Positions 63,926 through 64,000 of a DNA stretch of 64,000 nt are shown here, one piece after another. Location: contig JAYFQU010000023.1 of assembly GCA_034926785.1 (NCBI GenBank), positions 458-64,457 on the forward strand, read 5' to 3'. The first letter of the stretch is position 1, and each line of letters starts with the position of its first letter. The translations under genes were made by a program, and so were the position numbers. The notes under the pieces were generated by a model. The model was not told the origin of the DNA. It was given only the letters and a program-made list of their open reading frames with translations, and ran no database searches. The DNA comes from Christensenella sp. Lineage in GTDB: Bacteria > Bacillota > Clostridia > Christensenellales > CAG-138.

Positions 63926-64000
63926 CCTCTTCGCGAGTATGCGTGGTTTGCATGCTGCATGCCGATTGTTCATTTTCCATTTGCCATGAATGGTTGGAAC

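Noticed and set aside
1-64000. Search for mobile elements, prophage or defence-system genes, rRNA, tRNA and CRISPR
   Set aside because: I recognised no transposase, integrase, recombinase, restriction, Cas, toxin-antitoxin or phage structural motif in any frame. I saw no tRNA-like cloverleaf or rRNA segment in the intergenic regions. The only island-like region is the tad cluster with its AT-rich upstream DNA.

Overview
This 64-kb window looks like a chromosomal segment of a high-GC, Gram-positive-type anaerobe. The Clostridia-like call rests on GGAGG ribosome-binding sites, YesM/YesN-type sugar sensors and a HydABC hydrogenase, and it is inference only. I support about 58 protein-coding genes. 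I saw no rRNA, tRNA, CRISPR array, transposase or integrase.

Gene order from left to right:
- a truncated hsp20 behind a CIRCE operator;
- a sensory [FeFe]-hydrogenase module (small [2Fe-2S] protein, HydS-like PAS protein, PP2C phosphatase);
- a cytoplasmic GGDEF cyclase with a sugar-binding-fold sensor;
- oppABCDF;
- a polar amino-acid ABC transporter;
- a cbiM(N)QO Co/Ni ECF transporter ending in a very His-rich small protein;
- a YtfQRT-YjfF-like sugar ABC transporter with its own binding-protein/kinase/AraC-regulator sensor;
- the trimeric HydCBA hydrogenase plus a HydD-like small ferredoxin;
- lepB and an NlpC/P60 lipoprotein;
- a 1.7-kb ORF-free region;
- a complete Tad/Flp (type IVc) pilus locus with unusual appended genes;
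- prsW;
- a second three-component sugar sensor with XylF-like and ChvE/GguAB-like genes and xylA.

The most interesting signals:
- a class I c-di-GMP riboswitch-like aptamer plus terminator directly upstream of the tad operon;
- two flp pilin genes that are too short to appear in the ORF track;
- a near-identical promoter/operator (ATCGATA boxes) shared by the sensory and catalytic hydrogenase operons 25 kb apart;
- the His-rich protein co-transcribed with the ECF metal importer.

Many long ORFs in the track are antisense shadows typical of GC-rich DNA and were rejected. Several track ORFs also carry spurious N-terminal extensions, which I trimmed to RBS-supported starts.
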